Assembly: GCA_040954595.2 (NCBI GenBank)
Contig: CM082595.2
Location: forward strand, 5,606,137-5,670,136
From: Balanoglossus misakiensis
Taxonomy: Eukaryota; Animalia; Hemichordata
Reading direction: 5' to 3'
DNA length: 64,000 nucleotides
Shown: in pieces, positions 46,596 through 60,259 of the stretch
How positions within the stretch are numbered: position 1 is the stretch's first letter
How the letters are laid out: the number at the start of each line of letters is the position of its first letter
Made by a program: the position numbers and the translations under genes
The notes under the pieces: generated by a model
The model's database searches: none
What the model saw: the letters and a program-made list of their open reading frames with translations, nothing else
What the model was told of the DNA's origin: nothing

Positions 46596-49500
46596 CGAGA
46601 AATATCCATTTACACAGAGGTTTTTACATTTTTGCAAGACTCGCTGAAGCGCTAACTGTAGGCTTTTGTGACTGAAAAATATGAAAAACTAATACGACAA
46701 CGTAAATGTGTAAGTAGCTGATTAGGCTAGCTGTCAGGCGGAGAGGAATTTTGGTAAAGAAAGAGTGTTTTGAAAATGTACGATTATACTGAGTTACATT
46801 TATATGAAACATGTATGTGCCGTCGTTATATTATTTGGATTTGTCCATAACTGACACCAATCAATGTTAAAAGCTGCATTATCTACAACATACATGTAAC
46901 AGAGTGCGTAGAGGCACATGCATTGAACACTTCTTTTTATCAGTTGTCCTCAGCCGCTGATATTTACTTTATAGGCTCAATCTACAGCACCAGGTTGCAC
47001 TTTTACACCACAGCAGGATTTTGTGACTCTCACTCAGCACACTGCGTCGCGAAGGTATCAGAAAGACTTGATGACTCATTCACGGAAAAAGACGGTAAAC
47101 TCCATTACATTTCACGAACGTCGATATGTCTAAATGAGTCGAGATTCAGCTGCACCTCGGGAACTCACGCGCACGATTCTACGACAAAGAAGACAGACGA
47201 CGTCACGGATTTCTGTAGCCTATCGATAAGAATTGACGACGTGTGACAAGATACAGGACAATTACATTGCAGTTTGGGAACGTGCACGGTGATTTTTTTA
47301 TGACACAATCTAAGACACAGCACCACAAAAGAAAATTTAGTGACAGTCTGGAAACATTATCAAGATTTGACGATATATTAGTTCATGGTATGACATACTA
47401 TACGTTTATCTTGGAGAGTTGTTCAAGCCCTATTTGGATAAGACGTTTCTGAAATATGGAAAAATCGGGAAGCTCACTAAATGTTTATGATATTCTTTAC
47501 TTTTAGAATATTGAAACTGTTAACTGTCTATATTCATTTTATTTGTTATAATCTAACTCATTAAACACCTATCGTAGACATCCGAGGAAGTAATATATTG
47601 TACTCAAATGACATGATTATATTCCAAATGACGAGATATAATTTGTGTAGTCCAAATCCCTGAAAGTACTACATTTAGGCAAATAGTACAAAAATGAATT
47701 TTATCTGGGTCCCTTATATTGATGGTGTACTGCATGTGGCTTGATCCAGTTATGTTATACGTACATTAAAACTATGGCATTTGCGTGTAGAAATCCAACC
47801 ATTGAAATTATTTACGTCACTAACATACAGGGTATTCACCAACTCCATCATTACTACACTGAACAATATTTCAAGTCATGCTCACAAAAACGTTTATGAA
47901 GATTTGGAAACCTGTGACATTTTCTCGCTAAGGGAATATCAAATCTTTAAATGTCAATTCGCCTTATTTTTCAAAATCCAACACCCTTACGGTAGAAATC
48001 CGGGGAACAAATTAACCACTAGACACTATGAAATGTACTTTCTAGTGGTGAGATCGGCCAAAATCTTTATATCATTCGTTCAATGTTCCCAACTTAGGCA
48101 AATACAAGTAGTAATTCATCGGTTGTTCAGTCATAGTGAACATGTACTTTTAAGGGGTTTGTACCATTATTGTATATGCACTTTAAGAACCTTGACATTT
48201 GCGTTGAGATTCTTAACCTTTGAAATTAATTATCTCACAAAATACAGAGTATGCATCAACTACTCGGTCAGGACTACTCCAATTGCAATCTAACTCAGGC
48301 GCTTTTCTGTATTCACGTGATAGTTATATGACCAGATGAATATATTGCATGAGGTAGCAGTCATTGTTTTATCTTTATAAATTAAGTTTATATCTTATTT
48401 TAAATGTTTTCATGGGATTGTAATTTCTTTCATTAAACTATATTTAATAGCCATTAAACTTCATAACGTTCCCAAACCACCCTCTGATTCTGTCTAGTTT
48501 ATATGAATGTATTATTATGTTATTATCATTTGGTTGGCGGACATCCATTTAAAAGTATGCAGGAAACATTTTCTTTTCGACCTGAGCTCTGGCAAACATA
48601 ACATGTGAACACACCTCATCACCATACGTGCGCCCTCAACAGTCTATGAGCAAATATTTTCCCAACGCATGTAAATACATTTAATGATAATGAAAACATT
48701 AAATTGTCCATGATTATCTATATGTATTCATATTACTGTATCTATATCATATCAATTGTATTAGAGCATACAGAAGAAATAGTGATTGTTTTCATATTTC
48801 ATGCAACAAATTGCCAATCATTACGTTCAAATATTACAAATTCAAATTCTTTACTTTCCTTAATTAATGCCAGGAAGATTTCGTAACATTATTCCTGTGA
48901 GAAGCCAACTTCAGTAGCTGTGTTCAGACTACTAAGAGTTGAGTATCAATTTGTAGGATATTCTCCTGCAAATATTGCTGGTAATTTTTTACGACATGGT
49001 CTCTTAGTATCATATTACAGAAACTAATTCTAACATTGGTCAATGCACAGTGTGAAACAAGCATGTTTAAACTGAGTCTTAGACGCTGAGAGCTAAAAGA
49101 CTAATCCATCTATCTTCATTGTGCAAGACAACAACACATCCATTTTGCTTGATCGCGACACATCTGTCACCAAGACCATGTGGATTGAAATAAATGAAGT
49201 ATTGATTTCTGTATTACTGAGTAATTCACTGGGGACGGCCCGTAACTCAAGTGCCTCCCGTGACAGTAGTGTTTGACATTACTGGTGAAAAGAACCAACT
49301 AACTCTTGTCTTTGTTGCCTGAGACCCGCCATACTATGCGAGTTCACAGAATAGACACAACGTGATGACGTCCTTCAAGGTACCATGAACTGCCAAAATA
49401 ATGTGAACCGATAGCTTTCTGACCATTTGACATTTTCCGAAAACAATATGTTGCCTGACAGTTACAGTTTTATCACACAAACTGTTTATGCCTCCTTGCT

Positions 49501-49696
49501 ATCTGGACATCCTGTGGAAACAGCGCCCTCATGGGTTCGTTTTAACAGTGACTTCGTCAAGGCCATCAAACAGGTTATAAATAGCTCGCATTAACAGCTT
49601 AACAGAAACACCATGCGTGCGAGTGTGTCGAGTTTATACCTTAAAACGTTGACCGCATCCATGGAAATTTGTAAAATATTATAGGCATACAAATGT

Positions 49697-49697
49697 G

Positions 49698-49755
<58 letters not shown>
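49697..49755. repeat. (ATC)n microsatellite
   Basis: Directly visible. Confidence 0.95.
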
Positions 49756-49756
<1 letters not shown>

Positions 49757-52552
49757 TATTCAGATCGTTATCTTTGTGTTTTCGTAATTTGATTTTATTT
49801 GTCTCTTTATGGATTGAGAAGTAATAAAGGAGAACTACATAATATTTAATTACAATTAACAAGATATTTAAGATATAACACCTTCAAGTAGAGACTTCTG
49901 ATGGATCATGTATAAAAAGAAAATTCGTTGTGTGTATAATAGATTTAAAGCAGGCATGCGCCTTGGATTTATTCAGCGGAGATGATCGACGCACAATTTA
50001 ATATAGCGTTTCCTTCGCTGTGTTCTGTGGTTAATATACAGCGCTGTGCATTTGTTCAGTTGAAATTTAATTTTGTTCGTAACACAGCGATTGTCAACCC
50101 TCCGCATCCCTTAGCGCAAATGGTATCGCCCCAGCTTGTTCGCCAGCTGCCGGCAGCAGACAACATTTCTCTACATGTTTCTGGCTGACACGCACTGTCA
50201 CAGTGGTGGAAAGTGATGACCGCCTGTGTGTGTGGGCTCTGTGAGTGAGTGAGTGACCCCGCCTCGCGTTGAATTCCGAGCTGCGATCATGCACCGGCAT
50301 CGGAAACAAGAGTTGTGACGAGAAGAAAATAACACCACCTATGTGGCAAGCAGAGCGGACTGATTTACACAGCACCTGGAACATTTTTAACGAACAGGAA
50401 GCTTTTGGTTTGGTCTGCAGGAAACTGCAATTTTTCTGCAGTGCTCGCATAACCCAGGTAACGTACATAACCTTTATAAAATTGCTCGAATAACCCAGGT
50501 AACGTATAACCTTTACAAAATACAAAAGACACCGTCACATCTGCTGCGTCCCCACAAAACACGAAATCGCACAAAAGCATCCTGCTCACTTACATCTAGG
50601 TACTTTTTACATACTGTAAGGTAATATTGCGGCATGCGCAAATTACAGTTTTTGCGTTAGGTCGGGTGGGCGACAGTTTCATCTACATTTCTAGTCGTTA
50701 ACTCTGGTAGAATGATATACTGGGATGGATTGGGCTATTTTTAACAATATGACCTCAGTGACCACGTTTTACCTTGCAATAACACTGGTAGGGAACACTG
50801 TAGGCGGGGCACTTTCATAACTGTGTATTATACTAGTATTTTCACCTATCCGAGAGAAAACGTTAACATTATACTCTATTGCGCATGGTAAGTCCATAGA
50901 GCCCGGCCTTTGGGTATGCTTCGAAGCGCAAGCCTGCAAAATGACAGACAACTGTAATATAAATTGCCTTTGTCACACATGGTGGACACAGCCCTCATTG
51001 CATGACGATATCTAAACAGACACTGAGAAAAAAAGGGCCACGAGATAAGCCATGCGGACTGCACCGCTGGCGAATGAAAACACCGGATGCAACAGACCTA
51101 TTCAGAATTACACGTTTCACTGTCACAGAAAATGAGTGCAGTTGGAATAAAACAGCGCGGAGCAGGCTTTTCCATCGAGATGGGCAATTTTACAATAATC
51201 AAATTGTAGCTGTAGTAATCGCGTGTGAATCAGATGGCGCACACGGCTGGTGACACTGAACACATTCAACTCGGAGCAAAATTGCTCCGAGAAAGATCAG
51301 TGTGTCCAAAATTAGCTTTAGTTTCGCTTAAACGTAACATCTAATTTTAGATTAACATACCAATATATAGATGTCTCGATACACGCACAAGATACAGGCA
51401 TCTCGATAAAGGCACATGAGAATGATATTGTCAAGTACTCGGGGACGACCTATGCATTAAATATGAGTACCTATGTTTTGACAATCATGTTGTATTATAA
51501 AGGGAAGCAACACTTTGGATGGATGGATGAATAGATAGTCGTTATATACACAGTTGATAGAGGCCTTGTTGTTTCAATAAGCTTGTATTTGTTTGTTTTC
51601 TGTCGGAATTAGCGATAGGCCAACTAAGGTATGTGTGTGACCCGTTCTGTTCAGAGAGCTGACACCCTGACCGGACATCATCATTGACGTCATTATCATG
51701 CGCCCAGACTTTGTGTCCATGACCGACTTATATCGGACCTATGATCTGAAATCCTTCAAAAGCACCGCTGCACACGAATAAACAGTCGTCAAAGTCATCA
51801 ATCAATCGAAATAGCGAGCATGATTACTTTACATTTGCTTTAGATTTCTAGACTAGAGTAACACCCCACCTTCGGTGCATGCTTGACCGATCTTGTCTTC
51901 TCGAAATGACGTGACATTCTCAAAAATCCCACTGAAGCATAAACCATAGTATCCGTGTACAATGTACGCGCATGCTCAATATATTCACCCATCGGTGTAT
52001 CATGCAACGAGTCATGACGTCCGAAACCGTCCTTCAACGCACTTCTGAAAGAAAGTCTTGAAAAATTGATCCATCTGAAAGTAACATCCTTTCAACAATA
52101 CAAAGAAGAAGCACAATCCTGTATATGCGCCGCGAGTGTTCGCGATTCATTATTTAAATTTGAGTCCAGATCTCGAACTAAACACAACGGCTTACGCCGA
52201 GTATTCTCCTTGTAAAACGCGCCACCAAATCCCACCGAAATTGCTCCATAATTGTATTTTATGGAGGCCTATTTCGTATCCTAACGAGGAACATGTTTTA
52301 TCACGCGGCAAGAGACTTTATTCACTGCAACATTAGTGGGATAATGCAGCGTCGTTTATTAGGGAGCATTACATACCCGATTACAGTGAAAGATATATGC
52401 TGGCGGTTGTTGCCGAGTCAAGGTCGTGTAAGAAATGAATACGAACAGAAGGACAGGAGATGATGGACAACTGTAATGAAAACGCTCAGCTAATGAAGAG
52501 TTTTCCCTCGTAAATGTTTAAATGATGGATGATCAAATGCCTGGTCGATCAA

Positions 52553-52581
52553 CTGATTGATTGATTGACTGACTGACTGAC

Positions 52582-52619
<38 letters not shown>

Positions 52620-52648
52620 CCGGCTTGCTTGATTGATTGACTGATTGA
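52553..52648. repeat. (TGAT/TGAC)n microsatellite
   Basis: Directly visible. Confidence 0.9.
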
Positions 52649-55600
52649 CCACTTTTTATAGTCTGTATGACATGGAAACTATCACAACGATGGAACTTCT
52701 GATTTGACGATGTACTTTTGAAAATCACCATCTGGTTGACAGCCATTGCCGCTCAGAAAGACCCCGTGTCGTTTCCTGAACGCCGAGGATTGAACATGAA
52801 GACGGAAACACGCAATGTAGCCTAAATGAAAAGCAATCAGTAGATGCTAGTCTGCATATTGACATCGTCAACGTGAAACGGAAAGTGGACGACAGTAAAA
52901 GGCACAGGTCAGAGCTATTACTGCCCGTATATTTGCTTTGCCAACACGCTTGCCAATTCCCCGTTGGATTGCTCATTCCCCCGTTTCCAATCCCGTGGCT
53001 TTGTAGACTGAAACTCTCCGCGAGCGAGAGAGAGAGAGGGGGGGGGGGGAGGGAGGGAGAGAGAGAGAGAGAGGTGAAACGTCATCACCCTCCGTGTTCC
53101 ATCAGATTCCCGTGATTTACAGCGGCAAGTCAAAAGACATCGGTTGAAAAAACATCCACAAATGATAAAATTTCATTGCGAAGACAGTAATCTGTTGAGA
53201 AATAGATCTCATTTACAGTTTACATTTTCATCGAAAATACTGCAAGTCTCGCCTTATATTACCCAATGGGAAGAATCGCTCACGATGAAAACACCCAAAC
53301 TATGAATTTAAAGCTAATTCACTTGGGACACATGAAAAAAAAGAAACAGTTCGCGCACCCATCTTCAACTCGGAACTTTGCATTCAAAATGAATGAGACA
53401 CTATTATGTATTCGTTAAGGTGAGATGTACGCATATGCACTTCATTTGGAATTCTAGACCCCCGTTATAGGTCCGTCAGTCTGCTATAGCAACGGTAATC
53501 TCCATACAAACTGCTACTAGGTCTAACCTTGAGTTTCTGTCGTCATTAGCGAGAAGGGTCGGCCAACTTCCTGATCTGAATGCCGGATAATGAACATCTG
53601 AACCCACGAGAGAATTGCCGGGAACTCACAAGAAAACTACGGGAGGCATTACTGGAGTCAAAGTGATGACCGACAATCGAATATATATAGACATACACAA
53701 GTTGACTTCAGATTTTAAACATATTAGTAGAATGAATTTTTTTTCTGATTCGAAACGTGGTATAAGTAATTCCGTACTTGGAACACATGGCTGGACTCTT
53801 TGTACTCTTTGCCTACACAAGAGTCGCAAAGTATTGATGAGAATACTTGCCCTGTATTTATACTGCGATCGTGATGACTCGGAAAATAACATATGCTATG
53901 CATGCGGTTTAACAACGACTAAAACACATTAGACTAATTCTACAAGACTTAGTTCCATCACACATTTGCGTGCACGAACAGTCGAATCAAAATATGCGTG
54001 ACATTCTACACATTTCACCACAAACATATTGAGGGGTGCCACCAAATGTCTCTTCCGGTCGCAACCAGCTTGCGCTTGTTTTTACCATAATCGGTACAAA
54101 ATTAATGAAATACGTGCATCATCACAGAAAATAGAAACCGAAAATTCGTACAAGGGAAATATACTCGTGAATGGTTAAAATAAATCTCCTCTTACTACGT
54201 GTACAGGCATGATGAAAAATGACAATTATTTCATATGTGTGATATATCACTGTAGTATGTCATCTACTACACAAGGACATGTTTTTTTAAAAAGATGTAT
54301 GAGATGGGACGGCCTATTTTTTAATAGATGCACAGTTTGCTCATAGTCGACGTAATTGGAGAACGGCAAAAGCAAATATTTCCTTGACGCCGTTGTAGAA
54401 GTCCGAAAATTTCAAGGCGAAATATTTTTCTGTGAATTGATTACAATGATTCTATATAATGATGTATTTTTTGCTAAAACTTCAGTTAGAGGCCAGAGTT
54501 CTTTTCAATCAGATTTTACTGTAGGGATGAAGACCGGGTCAAAGTAATTGGTCCCCCCTCACAAGACGAGAACGTAGATCGTCTCTCAGACTGACTGAGC
54601 ACAGTCAGCGATAAAAGTTAAAGTACACATTTTACGTCTTCGTTCCTCGTGTCTGGTCATCAACACTAGATCTGCATTTGATTGCCCCATACGTGAATTC
54701 CTAGATGCATTACTTGATAGGTAGGTTGCTGTGCCTGCAGGCAGGGCTGCCAATATCACTATTTTGTGTCTGCAAGCACTAATACATTCCGTGTTTGATG
54801 GGTGAACGGAAACTTATTCAGACGAGAGTAACAAATATACTCTGCCTTCCTTATCTAAAAAAAATTCAGAGTCATCTACGTTGTTTATGAATATGGCGTC
54901 GAATTAATGCGTGAGGATTAGGTATGGCCCAGCTGTATATAGGGTTCCTAAACCATTCAGAATAATCAGCGTTTCATAACTGGTTGTAATGGGTGTACAA
55001 GTTACGGCTTAAGGTTATGTCGAATCCAAATGTTATACTTCTTTTACTCTGAATTTGTACTTGCAATAGTAATCCGGTGGATTTGGCGCCAATCTTAACG
55101 GGTGTAGCATGCTAGGTGGTAGGTTTACCTATTGCATACAACTAATAGGCCTACCACTACTATTACAGATGCATAATACCACCAGCACTACAGACATCTA
55201 ACACGACTATCTGTGAGTGGTCCAAGATTCAGCTTGTCGTTTTCTTTAACGTTTTCATTGTTTTATGCACCTGATAACTTTCTTGTACTGAACGACCAGG
55301 GTTATTGAAACGGTCTGATGTCACATGTCCACTCACTGTGTTGGTATGCGTGCGTGTCAGTTTGATAGAGATCGACTGATCAGGCAGTGTTTGTGTGCAT
55401 CAGCGATGACATGATTGACCGAAAACAACACGTGCAACAGCTGTGGAGTGCATTATGTGAAATTGTTAGCTAACACGATTTGCATGCATGAAAACAGCTT
55501 GTGTATTTGCTGTACGCCAGTATATAATTGTCAATCTTCAGAGTTTTCTATACAGTATCATCGAATGTATCTTACACATTCACTATCATCGACTTTAAAA

Positions 55601-58600
55601 AAATACTTTTGAATGAACTTCGATTCTTCATTTGAGCTATCTGAAGTACAGAACCTACAACATACTAGTACACCTTAGTACAGATATTGTGAAATCACGT
55701 TCATATTCTGCCCCGGCGGCACGACATACATTAAACCCGCTGTTCAAATAATCATTTCCTTAGGAGTTAACCAATTATTGCAAATTCGCAAAAACTCGTT
55801 ATTATTTCAAAGGCCTTAGGGCTGTATCGATGTTATTATTTTGCTATACCCGGAGTCTGGAAGTGTTTTAGGAGATGAATTAGCCAACCTATTCTCGGGC
55901 GTATCGATTTTCATTTAAACAAATCGACTTGTTCACTGCGCGCGCTTGTCAATACATGTATACCATGAGCGTTTCGTTCACCAAGTAAATATAATGAAAG
56001 TCGAATGTAATCATTTAACATACCAGCTCCACTAAATGCGTGTAGCGATTGGGATCGCAAAAAGCTTTCCAAAATATTGTATGAACAGACGTACATGTAC
56101 TTAGACATGGGTTTGTTTGTAATTACTGAAGTATCCGAGTTGGGTTTCAGATGGAGCGACCCTGTCCAGACGGCAAGATTGACACCAAAATGTAAGATTC
56201 CTATTGAAATAAGTTTTACTGAGTCTGCCTGGTTTGCCTATAATACTACAGGAACACCTCGGTGCAAATGCATATGCAAACTGCGCATTCGCGGTCTGAT
56301 GGAATTATCAAACGACCTTGCCATCACACTTTACATCAAACGCGGCGACTGTGCAGCAGTCTCATTACATTTTGAACTCCCTATAGTCGTCCCTATGCAG
56401 CGAAAAAATACGACTGACACGCACAGAATCTGACAATAATTATCCTGTCGGTATCACATTATGTAATATAAATGAGCTATTAGCGTCATTAAAGTTATAG
56501 GCGGAATAGAAATGTTTCTACTCTTGAAAAACGCCAACGCGCTAACTTGCAGACAGATTAATGCAATGGCATTAATTTTTACACGCGTGTTGCAATGAAC
56601 GGCCAATTCCCATGGTATTCTCTGAAATTACTTAATTACATGTAGTTACATACCACCGCTACGGAACTAGTCTTTATGACGTCATCAATTTTCATACAAC
56701 CTTAATGTATGCATGCACTCAGCGCACTGGAGTAAAAACTCCAACAGTGCACAGATCATATTGTGCGTTTGGCAATGTACTTTTAAGGGGGGGGGGGGCA
56801 ATTTGTTAAATTGTCACGTTTGGCCGTGGCACTTTCCAAATTTCCATTTGCCTTCAAGTTGGGTCTGGATTTGGCATGGACTCCCCATGCTACGTAGGGT
56901 AAATTGTCATTAGCCACTGTTTCCAGCGACAAAAGTCACCGTATCTCATAATGTTCTCAAATAATTTCGCTGCGTTCACATAAGGCCATATTACCTCAGA
57001 TTGATTACAGGTAACTCCGAATCTCGTTCTGTTAGAGCGACAAGACCCTGAAACCTGTCCACGGGGCTGCTTTTTTGCGGAGATAATAGGTTTGAGCGAG
57101 CATACATCTACTGTTAATTAAAAAGTCTGAAGTGAGTCCCTGAAGCACATTGGTTTTAAGCGTCCGATAGATCACACTGTGAGATAAACGAGATAATACA
57201 CATCCACTGTTAGTAATGACGTATTTATACGTGTCACATGTGGTTTGGTTGATTGCCACGATTCGATGGCTTCGATTTTTTTTCCAAAAGAGGGCAGTCC
57301 CTACTCCCAAGACATATAGTACGATGAACCATCTGAGCCCTTTTCAGGTGTCCATAAGTATAATTTCATAAGAGAGCCGTGTATTTAGTATACATCCCAA
57401 GATTTCTTTATAACAAAAAGCGTGGAATACGCTTCATGCTATCAAACCAAATCTGGTTCAGTCTGATGCCGTATCTACTAGTATTTGACGTTAAGAACCC
57501 TATAGGTAAATGGTCACATATTGTGTCCATGATCCATCTCAAATCACTCTAAACTCCTATCTACTTACGTATAAATGTTCTAAGAACTAGATCAGGTGCT
57601 TGGCAGTGTTGAAGATGTTTACTTAAAAATTACACTGCATTTACACAGTCCTCTAAGTCAGGTAGACAACTTTTACATGGATAACGAACACTCTGGGTTG
57701 TTTATCTTTATTTAAAGTTCAAATTCGCCATCGACGAAAGGGGCCATCGGTTATTTTTTAAAATAAATTTAAAATTCAACATCGACGTGCCACGCCAATG
57801 GCTAAATCGTCATGAGTGACAATACGCCATGTTTCGATTATTGGAACAATGCAGGTCACTTCTGAATACATATACAAAGGCTGATGACCCAAATAACGCG
57901 AAACACTGGCGTCTTTTTCACTCTAAAGCAACTGATCTGATGACATAGCCAAAGAAATTATTTACAATATACACCATTTAAACCCACGATATCGAATCTC
58001 TGGGGCATCTCATCATTGATCAAACCAGCGCGTATCTTTCGCCGTTTCAATTCAATTTACTCTCAGTAATATCAAATGGTTTGCTCAACAGGCACGCACA
58101 ATGCAGGTCAATAGGGTCAGTGAATATTCACACAACGACCAAAAATGAACTAAAAATCACGTTATTATCGGACTGATAGTCAATACCGTCGCTGTTTCAT
58201 TCAGCATTCAGAGAGATGTGTTTTTGGGTGGATGGACTTCCTTATCATACAACATCTTCCGTGATATTTCTAAAGCAACTACTAGATTGATGGTTTGGCC
58301 TCTTAATAACGTTAAAATCGCATTTGTTCATCTGACGCAGAACGGCTGTGATCACTCCCACGGTGGCAAAGCGTTAGGGCTGGTCACACCACAATTTCTA
58401 TAATATGTACAACATGTATTTAATGTACACAAACCATCTGCGCACCACGAGTTCAAAAGGTACATATTTACAACTTTTCCATCAATGTTGTGTCACATTA
58501 CATTACATTTTAGATTTTTAAAATAAACAAAATACATTTTGATATCGGTATCGCAACAAAGAAAATTACCAGCGTGGTATGTGTTTTTGAGGTCATCGCC

Positions 58601-59596
58601 TTACTTTCAGTCAATGTAATTATTTATAAAATTCGCTTATATCCGATTATGGTGCCCGATGGTGCCGTATGGTTCCATGTTTTCACAGTGTCACTTCATT
58701 AAAAGGGGGAGGGGGAACTGAACCGGTTAAATTCATAATGCAAGGCAAACTTATTCGGGGATACTTGAATATCTACATGTAATTCACATCCGGTCGCCGT
58801 TTCCTTATTTACTACGTTCGTTTTTTGTCCAGTACAAACCATTTGTAACAAAACAGAACAGACCACAGACAGTGTATCAAAATGAACGTCCCCAATGGTG
58901 TTTGGCGCCGTTGGCGAACATTTTAACCAAACTGTATCCAAAAAGTCTAAATCTGGTTACACTTTGACTAAAAATATTGGTCAAAGTCTCTGACACCATT
59001 GTACACAGTTGTATCATGTGAATATGTCCGATAAACATGATTCATTCAAATTGTGTATGTTTGCTACACAAAAAACGGCGAACTATCTAAGCTAAAGTGA
59101 CACGCAGGCTTGTTTGTGCGAGAGTGGTCTGTGCTTGAAAAATTAAAAAACAAACAAACAGGGACCTATATAGATCACTCCATCACGTCGATACACCGCC
59201 AGCAAAATTGCCACCACGCGCGTCCAATTATCTGGAGAACTACTTGTTGATTTTAAAAATAAACTCCCGTAAATACTCGTTTTATATTCCCTAATTTGCG
59301 TTACAGGAATTGAACTGACGAGCAGTCACTAGACAGTTAAAGTACGCTTGTGATGGTGAGACCGAGATTGGATGTTCGCGCCTGAGGCATCGTTTACAGA
59401 GAACAAGGCATGTTGACTACCAGCAACCTAAAATAATCAATTGACCTCAAATAGCCGCTTTCAAACATAATGAGGGACTCGGGTTACGGCGCGGCATGTG
59501 TTAGCAGAGTTAGACTAGTACTCTTGTTCTGATGTCAATACGTATAGTGCACCTGTTTAATAGTAGCCACCTCTAAGCATGAATATCTAAATTGTT

Positions 59597-59731
59597 TAAC
59601 CCCTTGACTACCTAGAGTGCTGGAAATTTCCGGAACCATATTTTATTGCTATATACCTTACATGCCGGAAAATTCCGGCGTAAATTATAAGAATCTGTCG
59701 TTTGTCGAACAGCTTTGAGGTCAACGGTCAA
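59597..59731. mobile_element. Degenerate piggyBac-type MITE
   Basis: TTAA-CCCCTTGAC...GTCAACGG-TCAA, with internal ccggaaaattccgg palindromes. Confidence 0.4.
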
Positions 59732-60088
59732 AACGCGTCCCATAACCCTTGTGTTATGGGACTCCGCGTCCTCATTTGAATAATTATTGTATTCTGATAC
59801 TGCCGTTTATTCTGACGAACGATTCCATTATACCCATATAAAATGGGAATGAAATGCAGGTGTCGAGAGACCTTTTCTGATAGAATTTACACACCCAAGG
59901 GCCCAGGGTATGATTTTTCATACGTCTTGGGAATATTTGTCTCGCACGGACCACAGGAGAGTTTTCTTACATGACCGACCATACACCAGACACGTTAAAT
60001 TATTAATTGTGTGCGTGTCGTCTGACACGTTGTAGTCCTGTCCATGTGCTACACATAGCGCCATTGGATACAATTTCGCACATGTTAA

Positions 60089-60259
60089 AGGTATACGGTC
60101 ACCTATGCAAATTAAACCACTGTTACCATGGAAAATTTAAATATAGCCAATCCCAGATTTTGACTGGGTGGTACACGCTAAAAGGTGGTCATTCGAACAA
60201 TTAGACACACCCTGATACCCGTATAAAGCCATATGTAAATTACAGGTGACCATTTACCT
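60089..60259. mobile_element. Kolobok-like TTAA MITE copy
   Basis: TTAA-AGGTATACGGTCACCT...AGGTGACCATTTACCT-CTAA; same family as 43987-44171, in the opposite orientation. Confidence 0.75.

Noticed and set aside
55380-55405. aggcagtgt seed resembling miR-34/449
   Set aside because: Only the seed matches, with no convincing precursor hairpin or 3' similarity.
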